Source: Escherichia coli
Lineage (GTDB): Bacteria; Pseudomonadota; Gammaproteobacteria; Enterobacterales; Enterobacteriaceae
NCBI RefSeq assembly: GCF_024298765.1
Contig: NZ_CP101210.1
Direction: 5' to 3' (one strand)
Length of the DNA stretch: 64,000 nt
The position numbers were made by a program, and so were the translations under genes. The stretch's first letter is position 1, and every line of letters starts with the position of its first letter. The notes under the pieces are model-generated. The model was not told the origin of the DNA and did no database searches. It worked only from the letters and a program-made list of their open reading frames with translations. Below are positions 8,643-18,686 of the stretch, piece after piece.

Positions 8643-9270
8643 TGTACCGCTGAGTCTGAAATCTGTCAGTGACTCCGGTGAGTTTGAAGGGTATGGCTCC
8701 GTCTTTGGTGTAAAGGACAGCCACGATGATGTGGTGATGTCCGGGGCATTTGCTGCTTCCCTGCGGGCGTGGAGTGACAGAAAAGCGTTACCTGCGCTGC
8801 TCTGGCAGCACCGCATGGATGAACCCATCGGTGTTTACACCGAAATGAAGGAAGACGATGTCGGGCTTTACGTCAGGGGACGGTTGCTTATTGATGATGA
8901 TCCCCTCGCAAAACGCGCACATGCACACATGAAGGCCGGTTCGTTAACCGGCCTTTCTATTGGGTACGTCCTGAAAGACTGGGAATACGACCGGAGCAAA
9001 GAAGCCTTTCTGCTGAAAGAAATCGACCTCTGGGAAGTCAGCCTGGTGACGTTCCCGTCTAACGACGAGGCGCGGATCAGCGACGTCAAGAACGCACTGG
9101 CCCGCGGGGAAATCCCCGAACAGAAAAAAATCGAAAGAGTCCTGCGTGATGTCGGACTCTCCCGTACCCAGGCCAAAGCATTCATGGCCGGGGGCTATGG
9201 CGCACTGTCCCTGCGCGACGCTGAGGATGTGGGCTCTGCACTGAATGCACTGAAAAATCTAAACTTCTAA
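8620..9270 (+). CDS. Prohead protease (HK97 family; alternative upstream start at 8584)
   Basis: Positional between portal and capsid; start ambiguous. Confidence 0.8.
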   Translation: MQTKQRLDVPLSLKSVSDSGEFEGYGSVFGVKDSHDDVVMSGAFAASLRAWSDRKALPALLWQHRMDEPIGVYTEMKEDDVGLYVRGRLLIDDDPLAKRAHAHMKAGSLTGLSIGYVLKDWEYDRSKEAFLLKEIDLWEVSLVTFPSNDEARISDVKNALARGEIPEQKKIERVLRDVGLSRTQAKAFMAGGYGALSLRDAEDVGSALNALKNLNF

Positions 9271-9284
9271 TCAGGAGAAATACG

Positions 9285-10490
9285 ATGGCGGTTGATATTA
9301 AAGATGTCGAACAGGTCGCGCAGGAGCTGCAGCAGAAGTTTGACGACTTCAAAGCAAAGAACGACAAGCGCGTGGATGCGATTGAGCAGGAAAAAGGCAA
9401 ACTTGCCGGGCAGGTGGAAACCCTGAACGGGAAACTCAGCGAGCTGGAAAACCTCAAAAGCGATCTTGAAAAAGAGCTGCTTGAGCTGAAACGTCCGGCA
9501 GGTGGTGCGCAAAATAAACTGGCCACCGAGCATAAAGAAGCGTTTGTGGGCTTCCTGCGTAAAGGCCGTGAAGATGGTCTGCGCGATCTGGAGCGCAAGG
9601 CATTACAGGTGGGCACCGATGAAGACGGCGGCTATGCCGTGCCGGAAGCACTGGATCGCAACATTCTCACCCTGCTGAAAGATGAAGTGGTGATGCGCCA
9701 GGAAGCCACGGTGATCAGCGTTGGTGGTTCCGACTACAAAAAACTGGTGAATCTGGGCGGCACGGCTTCCGGATGGGTTGGCGAGACTGACGCGCGCTCC
9801 CAGACTGCCACCTCAAAACTGGGCCTGATTGAACCTTTCATGGGGGAAATCTACGGTAACCCGCAGGCCACCCAGAAAATGCTGGATGATGCCTTTTTCA
9901 ACGTGGAAGCATGGATCAACAGCGAGCTGGCAACCGAATTTGCCGAACAGGAAGAAATTGCCTTTACCACCGGCGATGGTACCAAGAAGCCGAAAGGGTT
10001 CCTGGCGTATGAGTCCACGGATGAAACAGACAAGGTCCGGGCGTTCGGCAAACTTCAGCATATTGTATCCGGCGAAGCGACGGCGGTGACCGCAGATGCC
10101 ATTATCAAACTGATTTACACGCTGCGTAAGGCACACCGCACTGGCGCGAAGTTCATGATGAACAACAACAGTCTGTTTGCCATCCGTCTGCTGAAAGACA
10201 GTGAGGGTAACTATCTGTGGCGTCCGGGGCTGGAGCTGGGGCAGCCGTCCTCTCTGGCGGGTTACGGTATCGCTGAAAACGAACAGATGCCGGATATTGC
10301 CGCTGATGCGAAAGCCATTGCATTTGGTAACTTCAAACGGGGTTACACCATCGTTGACCGTATCGGTACCCGCATTCTGCGTGACCCGTACACCAATAAA
10401 CCGTTTGTCGGTTTTTATACCACCAAGCGCACCGGCGGCATGCTGGTCGATTCGCAGGCCATCAAACTGCTGAAGATTGCAGCGGCGTAA
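9285..10490 (+). CDS. Major capsid protein (HK97 fold) with N-terminal coiled-coil delta domain
   Basis: 401 aa; N-terminal ~100 aa coiled coil then capsid domain. Confidence 0.9.
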   Translation: MAVDIKDVEQVAQELQQKFDDFKAKNDKRVDAIEQEKGKLAGQVETLNGKLSELENLKSDLEKELLELKRPAGGAQNKLATEHKEAFVGFLRKGREDGLRDLERKALQVGTDEDGGYAVPEALDRNILTLLKDEVVMRQEATVISVGGSDYKKLVNLGGTASGWVGETDARSQTATSKLGLIEPFMGEIYGNPQATQKMLDDAFFNVEAWINSELATEFAEQEEIAFTTGDGTKKPKGFLAYESTDETDKVRAFGKLQHIVSGEATAVTADAIIKLIYTLRKAHRTGAKFMMNNNSLFAIRLLKDSEGNYLWRPGLELGQPSSLAGYGIAENEQMPDIAADAKAIAFGNFKRGYTIVDRIGTRILRDPYTNKPFVGFYTTKRTGGMLVDSQAIKLLKIAAA

Positions 10491-10497
10491 TCATTCA

Positions 10498-10526
10498 GGG
10501 GGCGCAGAAGTGCGCCCCCTGTTCTG
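10498..10526 (+). terminator. GC-rich hairpin downstream of capsid gene (terminator/attenuator-like)
   Basis: GGGGGCGCA-GAAG-TGCGCCCCC perfect 9-bp stem; weak U tract. Confidence 0.4.
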
Positions 10527-10541
10527 ACAGGTGAAAGAATC

Positions 10542-10730
10542 ATGATCCTGAAACAAGATCTGAAATGGTCACCGGACGGTATGCGTGTTGAGATTATTCG
10601 GGCCGGTGAGTATGAAGATAAAGAATTACCCGAACGGGTACGCGAAATTGCCACTGCAGCTGGGATTGTCTCTGATAAGAGAACACCTGTTGCGCGGGGG
10701 GCTGATAAGTCTAAAAAACAGCATTCATAG
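10542..10730 (+). CDS. Hypothetical small protein (62 aa)
   Basis: ORF between capsid and connector genes. Confidence 0.4.
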   Translation: MILKQDLKWSPDGMRVEIIRAGEYEDKELPERVREIATAAGIVSDKRTPVARGADKSKKQHS

Positions 10731-10741
10731 AGGTTGCCCAA

Positions 10742-11047
10742 ATGATGCCCACTCTGGAAGAGCTTCGTGTTCAGTGCCGGATTGATGATGACAATGAACA
10801 GGAGAATTCTCTTCTTATGATGTATCTGGCTGCTGCCAGGGAAGAGGCTGAAAAGTTTTTAAACCGGACGCTTTACGATGAAACTGTTTCTGAGCAGGAT
10901 ACAACCGGGCTTGTAATAACACCTCTGATAAAACTGCGTCTTATGCAACTGGTTGGCTACTGGTACGAGAACAGGGAAATGCAGGATGCAGTGCCTGATT
11001 TTTTCTATACCGGACTGCGGATGTATCGATTTCATCCCGGAACATAG
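10742..11047 (+). CDS. Head-tail connector / DNA-packaging protein (gp6-like)
   Basis: Size, position and general similarity. Confidence 0.65.
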   Translation: MMPTLEELRVQCRIDDDNEQENSLLMMYLAAAREEAEKFLNRTLYDETVSEQDTTGLVITPLIKLRLMQLVGYWYENREMQDAVPDFFYTGLRMYRFHPGT

Positions 11048-11055
11048 GAGGATTC

Positions 11056-11394
11056 ATGCAGGCAGGAAGATTACGTGATCGTGTGGTTATTCTGAATGCC
11101 ACCACCGTTCGGTCTCCGTCAGGGCACCCTGTGGAAACAATGACGGAGGGGGCAACCATATGGGCAGAAGTTAAGGGGATCAGTAGCAGGGAGAGAATAT
11201 CCGGAGGCGCAGAAACTGCTCAGGCTACAGTGAGGGTCTGGATGAGATTCCGGCGAGATGTAACAGCAACTTCATGTCTGAAAGTGCTGACTGGTGCATT
11301 CAAAGGCGCGATTCTGAGTATAGACGGTCCGCCGATACCGGATGCTCGTGCCACACGGCTTGAGATACTCTGTTCTCAGAAGGGGAATGTGTGA
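11056..11394 (+). CDS. Head closure / head-tail joining protein
   Basis: Positional and size. Confidence 0.65.
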   Translation: MQAGRLRDRVVILNATTVRSPSGHPVETMTEGATIWAEVKGISSRERISGGAETAQATVRVWMRFRRDVTATSCLKVLTGAFKGAILSIDGPPIPDARATRLEILCSQKGNV

Positions 11395-11840
11395 TGGATT
11401 TCAGTCTTGATTTTTCAGGTCTGGCGGATATTGCACGGGATCTGGAGACGCTCAGCAGGGCAGAAAATAATAAGGTACTGCGCGATGCCACCCGTGCCGG
11501 TGCTGAAGTTATGCGGGATGCAGTTGTTGAACGTGCGCCGGAGCGAACCGGGAAACTGAAGAAAAATGTGGTTGTTCTCACTCAGCGTTCAAAGCGTCGC
11601 GGGGAAATTATCTCGGGTGTCCACATTCGTGGACGGAACCTGCGAACCGGAAACAGTGATAACAGCATGAAAGCCAGTGATCCCCGAAATGCGTTTTACT
11701 GGCGCTTTGTGGAGCTGGGAACGATAAACATGCCCGCGCATCCGTTCATTCGCCCGGCTTTCGATACGACAGAGGAACTGGCAGCACAGATTGCCATACA
11801 GCGAATGAATCAGGCTATTGATGAGGTCTTAAGTAAATGA
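11391..11840 (+). CDS. HK97 gp10-family tail component
   Basis: Positional and general similarity. Confidence 0.6.
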   Translation: MMDFSLDFSGLADIARDLETLSRAENNKVLRDATRAGAEVMRDAVVERAPERTGKLKKNVVVLTQRSKRRGEIISGVHIRGRNLRTGNSDNSMKASDPRNAFYWRFVELGTINMPAHPFIRPAFDTTEELAAQIAIQRMNQAIDEVLSK

Positions 11841-12181
11841 GAGAGACCACACTGTATTCCCTGCTGTCTCAACTGGCCGGAGGACAGGTTTATCCTTATG
11901 TGGTCCCGCTGACGGAGGGAAAGCCTGCGGTATCTCCGCCATGGCTGGTATTTTCTGTGGTGTCTGACACTGCGTCTGATGTGCTTGATGGTCAGGCTGA
12001 ATCCAGAATTACCGTGCAGATCGATGTCTGGGCAACAGTACCTGATGACGCAGATGATATCCGTGAGCAGGCGCTTGATGCGGTAAGGCAACTTGCACCC
12101 TCCGTTATTTCTAAAACTCAGGGTTATGATCCTGATTCCCGTCTGAGCAGAGCCACGCTTGAATTTCAGGTAATAGCCTGA
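11837..12181 (+). CDS. Tail completion protein (gp11/DUF3168-like)
   Basis: Positional. Confidence 0.6.
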   Translation: MRETTLYSLLSQLAGGQVYPYVVPLTEGKPAVSPPWLVFSVVSDTASDVLDGQAESRITVQIDVWATVPDDADDIREQALDAVRQLAPSVISKTQGYDPDSRLSRATLEFQVIA

Positions 12182-12202
12182 GGTCGTTAATGATTTTACC
12201 CA

Positions 12203-12228
12203 CCCGCCGCTGGCGGGTTTTTTATTTT
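12203..12228 (+). terminator. Hairpin plus T-run immediately upstream of major tail gene
   Basis: CCCGCC-GCT-GGCGGG followed by TTTTTTATTTT. Confidence 0.45.
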
Positions 12229-12240
12229 CAGGAGACGAGT

Positions 12241-12945
12241 ATGTCCTCTAATTTTGAGCGTTCGCAACTGACGAAAATTATGATTTCGTCTGCACCGGTA
12301 ACAGCAGAAACCCTGGATTCTGCCAGCTATCTTGGCCTGAGCTGTACAATCAAAGAGGTGCAGTTTACCGCAGGACAAAAGCAGGATATTGATGTCACCA
12401 CGCTGTGTTCTGTTGAGCAGGAAAATATTAACGGCCTTGGTGCCGCGTCAGAGATTTCCATGTCAGGCAACTTTTACCTCAATGCTGCCCAGAACGCGTT
12501 GCGCAGTGCCTATGACAATGCCACCACGTATGGCTTTAAAGTTATTTTTCCGTCAGGCAACGGATTTACCTTTATGGCAGAGGTGCGTCAGCATACCTGG
12601 TCTGCAGGAACTAATGGTGTTGTGGCTGCAACGTTTTCCCTGCGCCTGAAAGGTAAACCTGTGCTGACGACAGAGCCGCTGAAAGTGAAGGTCGATTTAA
12701 ACAGCACGCTGCAGGTTTCTGCCGGAGCGAAACTCGAAATGGTGGTTGAGGCTGCCGGTGGTGTGCCGCCTTATTCTTATGTCTGGAAGAAAGGTAGTTC
12801 TCCTGTTTCCGGACAGACGGCGGCAACATTCAGTAAGGCATCAGCAGCATCAGGTGATGCCGGTGCGTATACCTGCGAGATTTCTGATTCAGCAAGCCCT
12901 GTTAACAAGGTGACCTCCACTTCCTGCACTGTTACCGTCAGTTAA
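12241..12945 (+). CDS. Major tail tube protein with C-terminal Ig-like domain
   Basis: RBS CAGGAGACG; C-terminal beta-rich Ig-like segment; position before G/GT. Confidence 0.85.
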   Translation: MSSNFERSQLTKIMISSAPVTAETLDSASYLGLSCTIKEVQFTAGQKQDIDVTTLCSVEQENINGLGAASEISMSGNFYLNAAQNALRSAYDNATTYGFKVIFPSGNGFTFMAEVRQHTWSAGTNGVVAATFSLRLKGKPVLTTEPLKVKVDLNSTLQVSAGAKLEMVVEAAGGVPPYSYVWKKGSSPVSGQTAATFSKASAASGDAGAYTCEISDSASPVNKVTSTSCTVTVS

Positions 12946-13331
12946 TGAGGATAGATGTGATGACTAAAAATATCCGCAATCTGGCACTGGCAACGATGTC
13001 GGGGTTTCGCCATAAAACTGTTGATGTGCCTGAATGGGAAGGGGCAACGGTTGTATTACGGGAACCTTCTGCAGAAGCCTGGTTGCGCTGGCAGGAGATC
13101 GTTAAAGCAAAAGATGATGAGACACCGTTATCCGTTGCGGAGCGCGCCCGCCGAAATCTGGAGGCAGATGTTGAACTGTTCATTGATGTTCTGTGTGATA
13201 CCGGACTGCAACCTGTATTTTCAGAGGATGATCGTGAACAGGTGATTGCCGTGTATGGCCCGGTGCATGCGCGGCTTCTTCGGCAGTCTCTGGAACTGAT
13301 CAGTGATGCCGGCGAGGTTAAAAAAAAGTAG
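12945..13331 (+). CDS. Tail assembly chaperone G
   Basis: Position before tape measure; ends at slippery heptamer. Confidence 0.8.
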   Translation: MRIDVMTKNIRNLALATMSGFRHKTVDVPEWEGATVVLREPSAEAWLRWQEIVKAKDDETPLSVAERARRNLEADVELFIDVLCDTGLQPVFSEDDREQVIAVYGPVHARLLRQSLELISDAGEVKKK

Positions 13332-13633
13332 AGCTTCCGGGGATGCGTTTTCTGATGATGCTGGCGCTCAGGATGGGGCGCACATTGTCAGAGTTACGCC
13401 GGGAAATGTCCGCATCAGAAATCATGATGTGGGCAGAATTTGACAGGTTCAGCCCGCTGGGTGACGAGCGGGCTGATATCCGGGCTGCCCAGATAGTTTC
13501 TGCGGTTTACGGTGCGCAGGGTGTCAAAGTCCCACTGAATGATGCGCTTCTTCAGTGGGAACAAGAGCAGACAGAAGGCGTCTCAGATCCATTTGCCGGA
13601 CTGGAAAACGCGCTTTTAATAGTGTCTCAGTGA
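13322..13633 (+). CDS. GT extension produced by programmed -1 frameshift at A AAA AAG (13322-13328)
   Basis: Slippery heptamer at end of G; -1 frame open through ORF 13343-13633. Confidence 0.75.
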   Translation, partial: KKVELPGMRFLMMLALRMGRTLSELRREMSASEIMMWAEFDRFSPLGDERADIRAAQIVSAVYGAQGVKVPLNDALLQWEQEQTEGVSDPFAGLENALLIVSQ

Positions 13634-13641
13634 GTCAACAT

Positions 13642-13662
13642 AACCGCTTCGGCGGTTTTTTT
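13642..13662 (+). terminator. Hairpin plus T-run after G/GT
   Basis: AACCGC-TTCG-GCGGTT followed by T7. Confidence 0.5.
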
Positions 13663-13672
13663 CGTCCGGAGA

Positions 13673-16600
13673 ATGAGTGTGGCGACATTACGTGAACTGA
13701 TTATTAAAATCTCGGCAAATTCCCGGTCATTCCAGTCAGAGATCTCCCGGGCTTCGCGTATGGGGCTGGATTACTACCGTACCATGCAGAACGGAGGCCG
13801 GCAGTCCGCTGCTGCATCCCGTGAAATGCGGCGTGCACTGGCAGAAGTGACGGATCAGATAAATACAGCTAAATCTTCGGCACTGAATATGGCGGGGGCA
13901 TTTGCCGGAGCTTTTGCTACCGGTCATCTTATTTCTCTCGCCGATGAGTGGAATTCAGTAAATGCCCGTCTGAAGCAGGCTTCACAGTCCAGTGATGATT
14001 TTCAGGTATCACAACGTGAATTAATGGCAATCAGCCAGAGAACGGGAACGGCGTTTTCTGATAACGCCAGCCTTTTTGCCCGCTCTGCAGCTTCCATGCG
14101 GGAGTATGGCTACAGTTCTGAGGAGGTACTGAAAGTCACCGAGGCGATCTCCACGGGCCTGAAATTATCCGGTGCCAGTACAGCAGAAGCCAGTTCGGTG
14201 ATCACGCAGTTCAGTCAGGCACTGGCGCAGGGAGTGCTGCGCGGTGAAGAATTTAACTCTGTGAATGAGAACGGCGATCGTGTTATTCGTGCGCTGGCTG
14301 CGGGAATGGGTGTTGCCCGTAAGGATCTGAAGGCCATGGCGGATAACGGAAAACTGACCGCCGATAAGGTTGTTCCTGCACTGATTAGTCAGCTTGGGGC
14401 GTTGCGTGATGAATATGCAGCAATGCCTGATACTGTTTCATCCTCTGCAACCAAAGTTGAAAACGCCTTTATGGCCTGGGTTGGTGGTGCGAACGAGGCA
14501 AGCGGAGTGACAAAGACACTCACCGGGGTGTTGAATGGTGTTGCAGACAATATTGATACCGTGGCTGCTGCAGCTGGCGCACTGGTTGCCGTCGGGGTAG
14601 CCCGATATTTTGGCAATATGGCGTCGTCTGCTGGATCTGCAACTGCCGGATTAATTACTGCAGCCAGAAACGAAGTGGCTCTTGCTGAAGCGCAACTTCG
14701 GGGGACACAGATAGCAACCGCCAGGGCGCGTGCGGCGGTTTATCGTGCGCAACAGGCGGTTGTTGCTGCTCGCGGTACCGAAAGGCAGGCCGCAGCAGAA
14801 GCGAAGCTGACAGCTGCCCAGGCGTCACTTACCCGTAATATTGCGGCCAGAACAGCGGCACAGACAACGCTGAATACTGTCACGTCAGTGGGGAGTCGTC
14901 TGTTAAGTGGTGCGCTGGGGTTGGTTGGTGGTGTGCCGGGACTCGTCATGCTGGGGGCGACGGCCTGGTACACGATGTATCAGAATCAGGAGCAGGCCAG
15001 AGAATCTGCACGCCAGTATGCCGCAACAATCGACGAAATTCGCCAGAAAACGTCGGCAATGTCGCTTCCTGAAGCGTCAGATAATGAGGAAAAGACGCGG
15101 CAGGCACTTGATGAGCAAAACAGGTTAATTGACGAGCAGAAAAGTAAGATTAAATCCTTACAGGAAAAAATTGCTGGCTATCAGTATGTGCTGGCAAACC
15201 CGGGCTGGACAACCGATAACGGTTTTATGATTAACCACATGACGTCGGTAAAAACTGTCACAGAAGGGCTTGCAGAAGCAACAAATCAACTGGCAGTTGA
15301 ACAGTCCCGTCTCACACAAATGCAGGGCAAAGCGCAATCCATTCAGGATGTGCTTGCCGGGCTGGAGGAGCGACGGGGGGCGTTGATCCGTCAACAGGCC
15401 GCGGAACAAAACAAAGCGTATCAGTCCCTGTTGATCATGAATGGGCAGCATACCGAGTTTAATCGCCTTCTCGGGCTCGGTAATGAATTACTTCAGCAGC
15501 GACAGGGGCTGGTGAATGTACCGTTACGGCTACCACAGGCAACCCTGGATGATAAACAGCAGACCGCACTGAATAACAGCGAGCGCGAACTGGCTCTGTC
15601 CCGCCTGAAGGGGGAAGCCCGTGAGCGTGCCCGCCTGGGTTATGCTGCGGATGATCTCGGCTTTGTGGGAGAGGCGTATCAGACAGCCAGACAGAATTAT
15701 ATCAATACCTCACTGGATGCCTGGCGAAATAACCAGGTAAATAAACCCAAAGCGCATAAAAAGACCGAAGCGGAAAAAACAGAAGATATTTATAAACGGC
15801 TGATTAAACAGCAAAAAGAACAAATAGCACTGGCAGGGCAGAATACTGAACTGGCTAAGATGAAATATCAGGTCAGTCAGGGCGAATTATCAACCCTGTC
15901 AGAAGCGCAGAAAAAAACGCTTTTGCAGAATGCAGCACTCATCGACCAGAAAAAGGTTCGTGAGCAGCTTGCTGCGTATGAGAGCAGTCTGGCGGACAGT
16001 AATGCCAGTGCCCGGGCATCTGACGAAGCGCAGTTGCTGGGATATGGTGAAGGCTCACGGATGCGTGAACGACTCCAGGAAATGTGGAGTATCCGGCAGG
16101 CGTTTGAGCAGAAAAATAACGAGCTGCTGAGACAGTATCAGGCCGGAGAAATTGAAGAAGCCCTGTGGAAACAGGAGAAAGAACTGAATAAAAAATATCT
16201 GGAAGAGCGTCTCAGTGATCAGCAGGATTATTATGCAAAGGCCGATGCTTTACGTAATAACTGGAATGCCGGACTCCAGGAGGGACTGACCAACTGGGCA
16301 GACAGTGCCACCGATTATGCTTCACAGGCGGCAGATGCTGTCGTTTCCACGATGGACGGGCTGGTATCAAATATTTCCGATGCACTGGCCGGGAATGTTG
16401 TGGACTGGAGGAACTGGGGGAGTTCAGTTCTCCGGGAAGTTTCAAAAATTCTGATGAATGCAGCCATTGTTAACGGACTGAAATCACTCTCCGGTGCCGG
16501 AGGGTGGCTTGGTACGGTCGGCGGATGGATTTCGGGGGCAGTGGCAAACGCAAAAGGTGGTGTTTACACATCGGCAAATCTGAGTGCTTACAGTAACACT

Positions 16601-16906
16601 ATTGTGGATACACCGACGTATTTTGCTTTTGCGAAAGGTGCCGGGTTGATGGGCGAGGCCGGGCCTGAAGCAATCATGCCACTGACACGGGCAGCGGACG
16701 GCTCTCTTGGGGTCAGGGCCATTGGAAATGTGAATGGTGGCGGTGGATTTGTTTATTCTCCCGTGTATCACATCAGCATTCAGAATCAAGGGAGCAATGG
16801 CGAGATAGATGCGCGCTCAGCCAGGGGACTGGTGGATCTGATCGACAGCAGGGTTGTGTCAATTATGCAGTCATCGCGTCGGGATGGAGGATTGTACAGT
16901 GCCTGA
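13673..16906 (+). CDS. Tail tape measure protein
   Basis: 1077 aa, coiled-coil-rich, positional. Confidence 0.9.
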   Translation: MSVATLRELIIKISANSRSFQSEISRASRMGLDYYRTMQNGGRQSAAASREMRRALAEVTDQINTAKSSALNMAGAFAGAFATGHLISLADEWNSVNARLKQASQSSDDFQVSQRELMAISQRTGTAFSDNASLFARSAASMREYGYSSEEVLKVTEAISTGLKLSGASTAEASSVITQFSQALAQGVLRGEEFNSVNENGDRVIRALAAGMGVARKDLKAMADNGKLTADKVVPALISQLGALRDEYAAMPDTVSSSATKVENAFMAWVGGANEASGVTKTLTGVLNGVADNIDTVAAAAGALVAVGVARYFGNMASSAGSATAGLITAARNEVALAEAQLRGTQIATARARAAVYRAQQAVVAARGTERQAAAEAKLTAAQASLTRNIAARTAAQTTLNTVTSVGSRLLSGALGLVGGVPGLVMLGATAWYTMYQNQEQARESARQYAATIDEIRQKTSAMSLPEASDNEEKTRQALDEQNRLIDEQKSKIKSLQEKIAGYQYVLANPGWTTDNGFMINHMTSVKTVTEGLAEATNQLAVEQSRLTQMQGKAQSIQDVLAGLEERRGALIRQQAAEQNKAYQSLLIMNGQHTEFNRLLGLGNELLQQRQGLVNVPLRLPQATLDDKQQTALNNSERELALSRLKGEARERARLGYAADDLGFVGEAYQTARQNYINTSLDAWRNNQVNKPKAHKKTEAEKTEDIYKRLIKQQKEQIALAGQNTELAKMKYQVSQGELSTLSEAQKKTLLQNAALIDQKKVREQLAAYESSLADSNASARASDEAQLLGYGEGSRMRERLQEMWSIRQAFEQKNNELLRQYQAGEIEEALWKQEKELNKKYLEERLSDQQDYYAKADALRNNWNAGLQEGLTNWADSATDYASQAADAVVSTMDGLVSNISDALAGNVVDWRNWGSSVLREVSKILMNAAIVNGLKSLSGAGGWLGTVGGWISGAVANAKGGVYTSANLSAYSNTIVDTPTYFAFAKGAGLMGEAGPEAIMPLTRAADGSLGVRAIGNVNGGGGFVYSPVYHISIQNQGSNGEIDARSARGLVDLIDSRVVSIMQSSRRDGGLYSA

Positions 16907-17240
16907 GCCTGAAGTTTTTAACTGGATCCCCCGTGAGGGGATGGAGACGACACGAAAGCCATCAGTTATTACGGTAAAGTTTGGTGACGGATATGAACAG
17001 CGACGGGCTGGTGGTCTGAATGCGGATCTGAAAACGTTTAAACCGGTATTTCGTGTCACAGATGAATATTCCCGTGCCGCGCTGGACAGTTTTTTATCCC
17101 GTCATGCCGGGATTCGTGCTTTTTTGTGGCGTCCGCCAAAACACAACAGGACTGTCCGGGTTGTCTGCAGGGAGTGGAGCATTTCGGATAATGCCATGTA
17201 TACCGATTTTAACTGTACCTTTGAAGAGGTCACTCACTGA
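16899..17240 (+). CDS. Minor tail protein M (GTG start overlapping tape-measure stop)
   Basis: Similarity to lambda M (KVRFGDGYxQR, GLNA.LKT motifs). Confidence 0.85.
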   Translation: MPEPEVFNWIPREGMETTRKPSVITVKFGDGYEQRRAGGLNADLKTFKPVFRVTDEYSRAALDSFLSRHAGIRAFLWRPPKHNRTVRVVCREWSISDNAMYTDFNCTFEEVTH

Positions 17241-17938
17241 TGCAGGATATACAGCAGGAAACACTCAATGAGTGCACTAAAACGGAGCAATCCGCGCTGG
17301 TCGTGCTCTGGGAAATTGATCTGACAGAGGTCGGCGGAGATCGTTATTTCTTCTGTAATGAGCAGAACGAAAAAGGTGAACCAGTCACCTGGCAGGGGCG
17401 GCAGTATCAGGCTTATCCCATTCAGGGAAGCGGATTTGAGATGAACGGCAAAGGAGCCAGTGCAAGGCCAACGCTTAAAGTCTCTAATCTGTACGGCATG
17501 GTCACCGGGATGGCGGAAGATCTGCAGAGTCTGGTCGGCGGAACGGTGGTCCGGCGTAAGGTTTACGCCCGTTTTCTGGATGCGGTGAACTTCGTCAACG
17601 GAAACAGTGACGCCGATCCGGAGCAGGAGGTGATCAGCCGCTGGCGCATCGAACAGTGCAGCGAACTGAGCGCGGTCAGTGCCTCTTTTGTGCTGTCCAC
17701 ACCGACGGAAACGGATGGCGCTGTTTTTCCGGGGCGCATCATGCTGGCCAACACCTGCACCTGGATCTACCGCGGCGATGAGTGCGGTTATGATGGCCCG
17801 GCGGTCGCGGATGAATATGACCAGCCAACGTCCGATATCACGAAGGATAAGTGCAGCAAATGCCTGAGTGGTTGCAAGTTCCGCAATAACGTCGGCAATT
17901 TTGGCGGCTACCTTTCCATTAACAAACTTTCGCAGTAA
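17240..17938 (+). CDS. Minor tail protein L
   Basis: Similarity to lambda L including C-terminal Cys cluster. Confidence 0.9.
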   Translation: MQDIQQETLNECTKTEQSALVVLWEIDLTEVGGDRYFFCNEQNEKGEPVTWQGRQYQAYPIQGSGFEMNGKGASARPTLKVSNLYGMVTGMAEDLQSLVGGTVVRRKVYARFLDAVNFVNGNSDADPEQEVISRWRIEQCSELSAVSASFVLSTPTETDGAVFPGRIMLANTCTWIYRGDECGYDGPAVADEYDQPTSDITKDKCSKCLSGCKFRNNVGNFGGYLSINKLSQ

Positions 17939-17942
17939 ACCC

Positions 17943-18686
17943 ATGACAGAGACAGAATCAGCGATTCTGGCGCACGCCCGGCGATGTGCGCCAGCGGAGT
18001 CGTGCGGCTTCGTGGTGAGAACGCCGGAGGGGGACAGATATTTTCCCTGCGTGAATATCTCCGGTGAGCCGGAGGCGTATTTCCGGATGTCGCCGGAGGA
18101 CTGGCTGCGGGCAGAGATGCAGGGTGAGATTGTGGCGCTGGTCCACAGCCACCCCGGTGGTCTGCCCTGGCTGAGTGAGGCCGACCGGCGGCTGCAGGTG
18201 CAGAGTGATTTGCCGTGGTGGCTGGTCTGCCGTGGGGAGATTCATAAATTCCGCTGTGTGCCGTATCTCACCGGGCGGCGCTTTGAGCACGGGGTGACGG
18301 ACTGTTACACGCTGTTCCGGGATGCTTACCATCTGGCGGGGATTGAGATGCCGGATTTTCATCGCGAGGATGACTGGTGGCGTCACGGTCAGAATCTCTA
18401 TCTGGATAATCTGGAGGCCACAGGGCTGTATCAGGTGCCGTTGTCAGCGGCGCAGCCGGGCGATGTGCTGCTGTGCTGTTTTGGTTCATCGGTGCCGAAT
18501 CATGCCGCCATTTACTGTGGTGACGGCGAGCTGCTGCACCATATTCCTGAACAACTGAGCAAACGAGAGAGGTATACCGACAAATGGCAGCGACGCACAC
18601 ACTCCCTCTGGCGTCACCGGGCATGGCACGCATCTGCCTTTACGGGGATTTACAACGATTTGTCCGCCGCATCGATCTGCGTGTGA
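17943..18686 (+). CDS. Tail assembly protein K (JAB/MPN plus NlpC/P60 domains)
   Basis: HSHP motif and Cys/His peptidase region; lambda K-like. Confidence 0.9.
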   Translation: MTETESAILAHARRCAPAESCGFVVRTPEGDRYFPCVNISGEPEAYFRMSPEDWLRAEMQGEIVALVHSHPGGLPWLSEADRRLQVQSDLPWWLVCRGEIHKFRCVPYLTGRRFEHGVTDCYTLFRDAYHLAGIEMPDFHREDDWWRHGQNLYLDNLEATGLYQVPLSAAQPGDVLLCCFGSSVPNHAAIYCGDGELLHHIPEQLSKRERYTDKWQRRTHSLWRHRAWHASAFTGIYNDLSAASICV

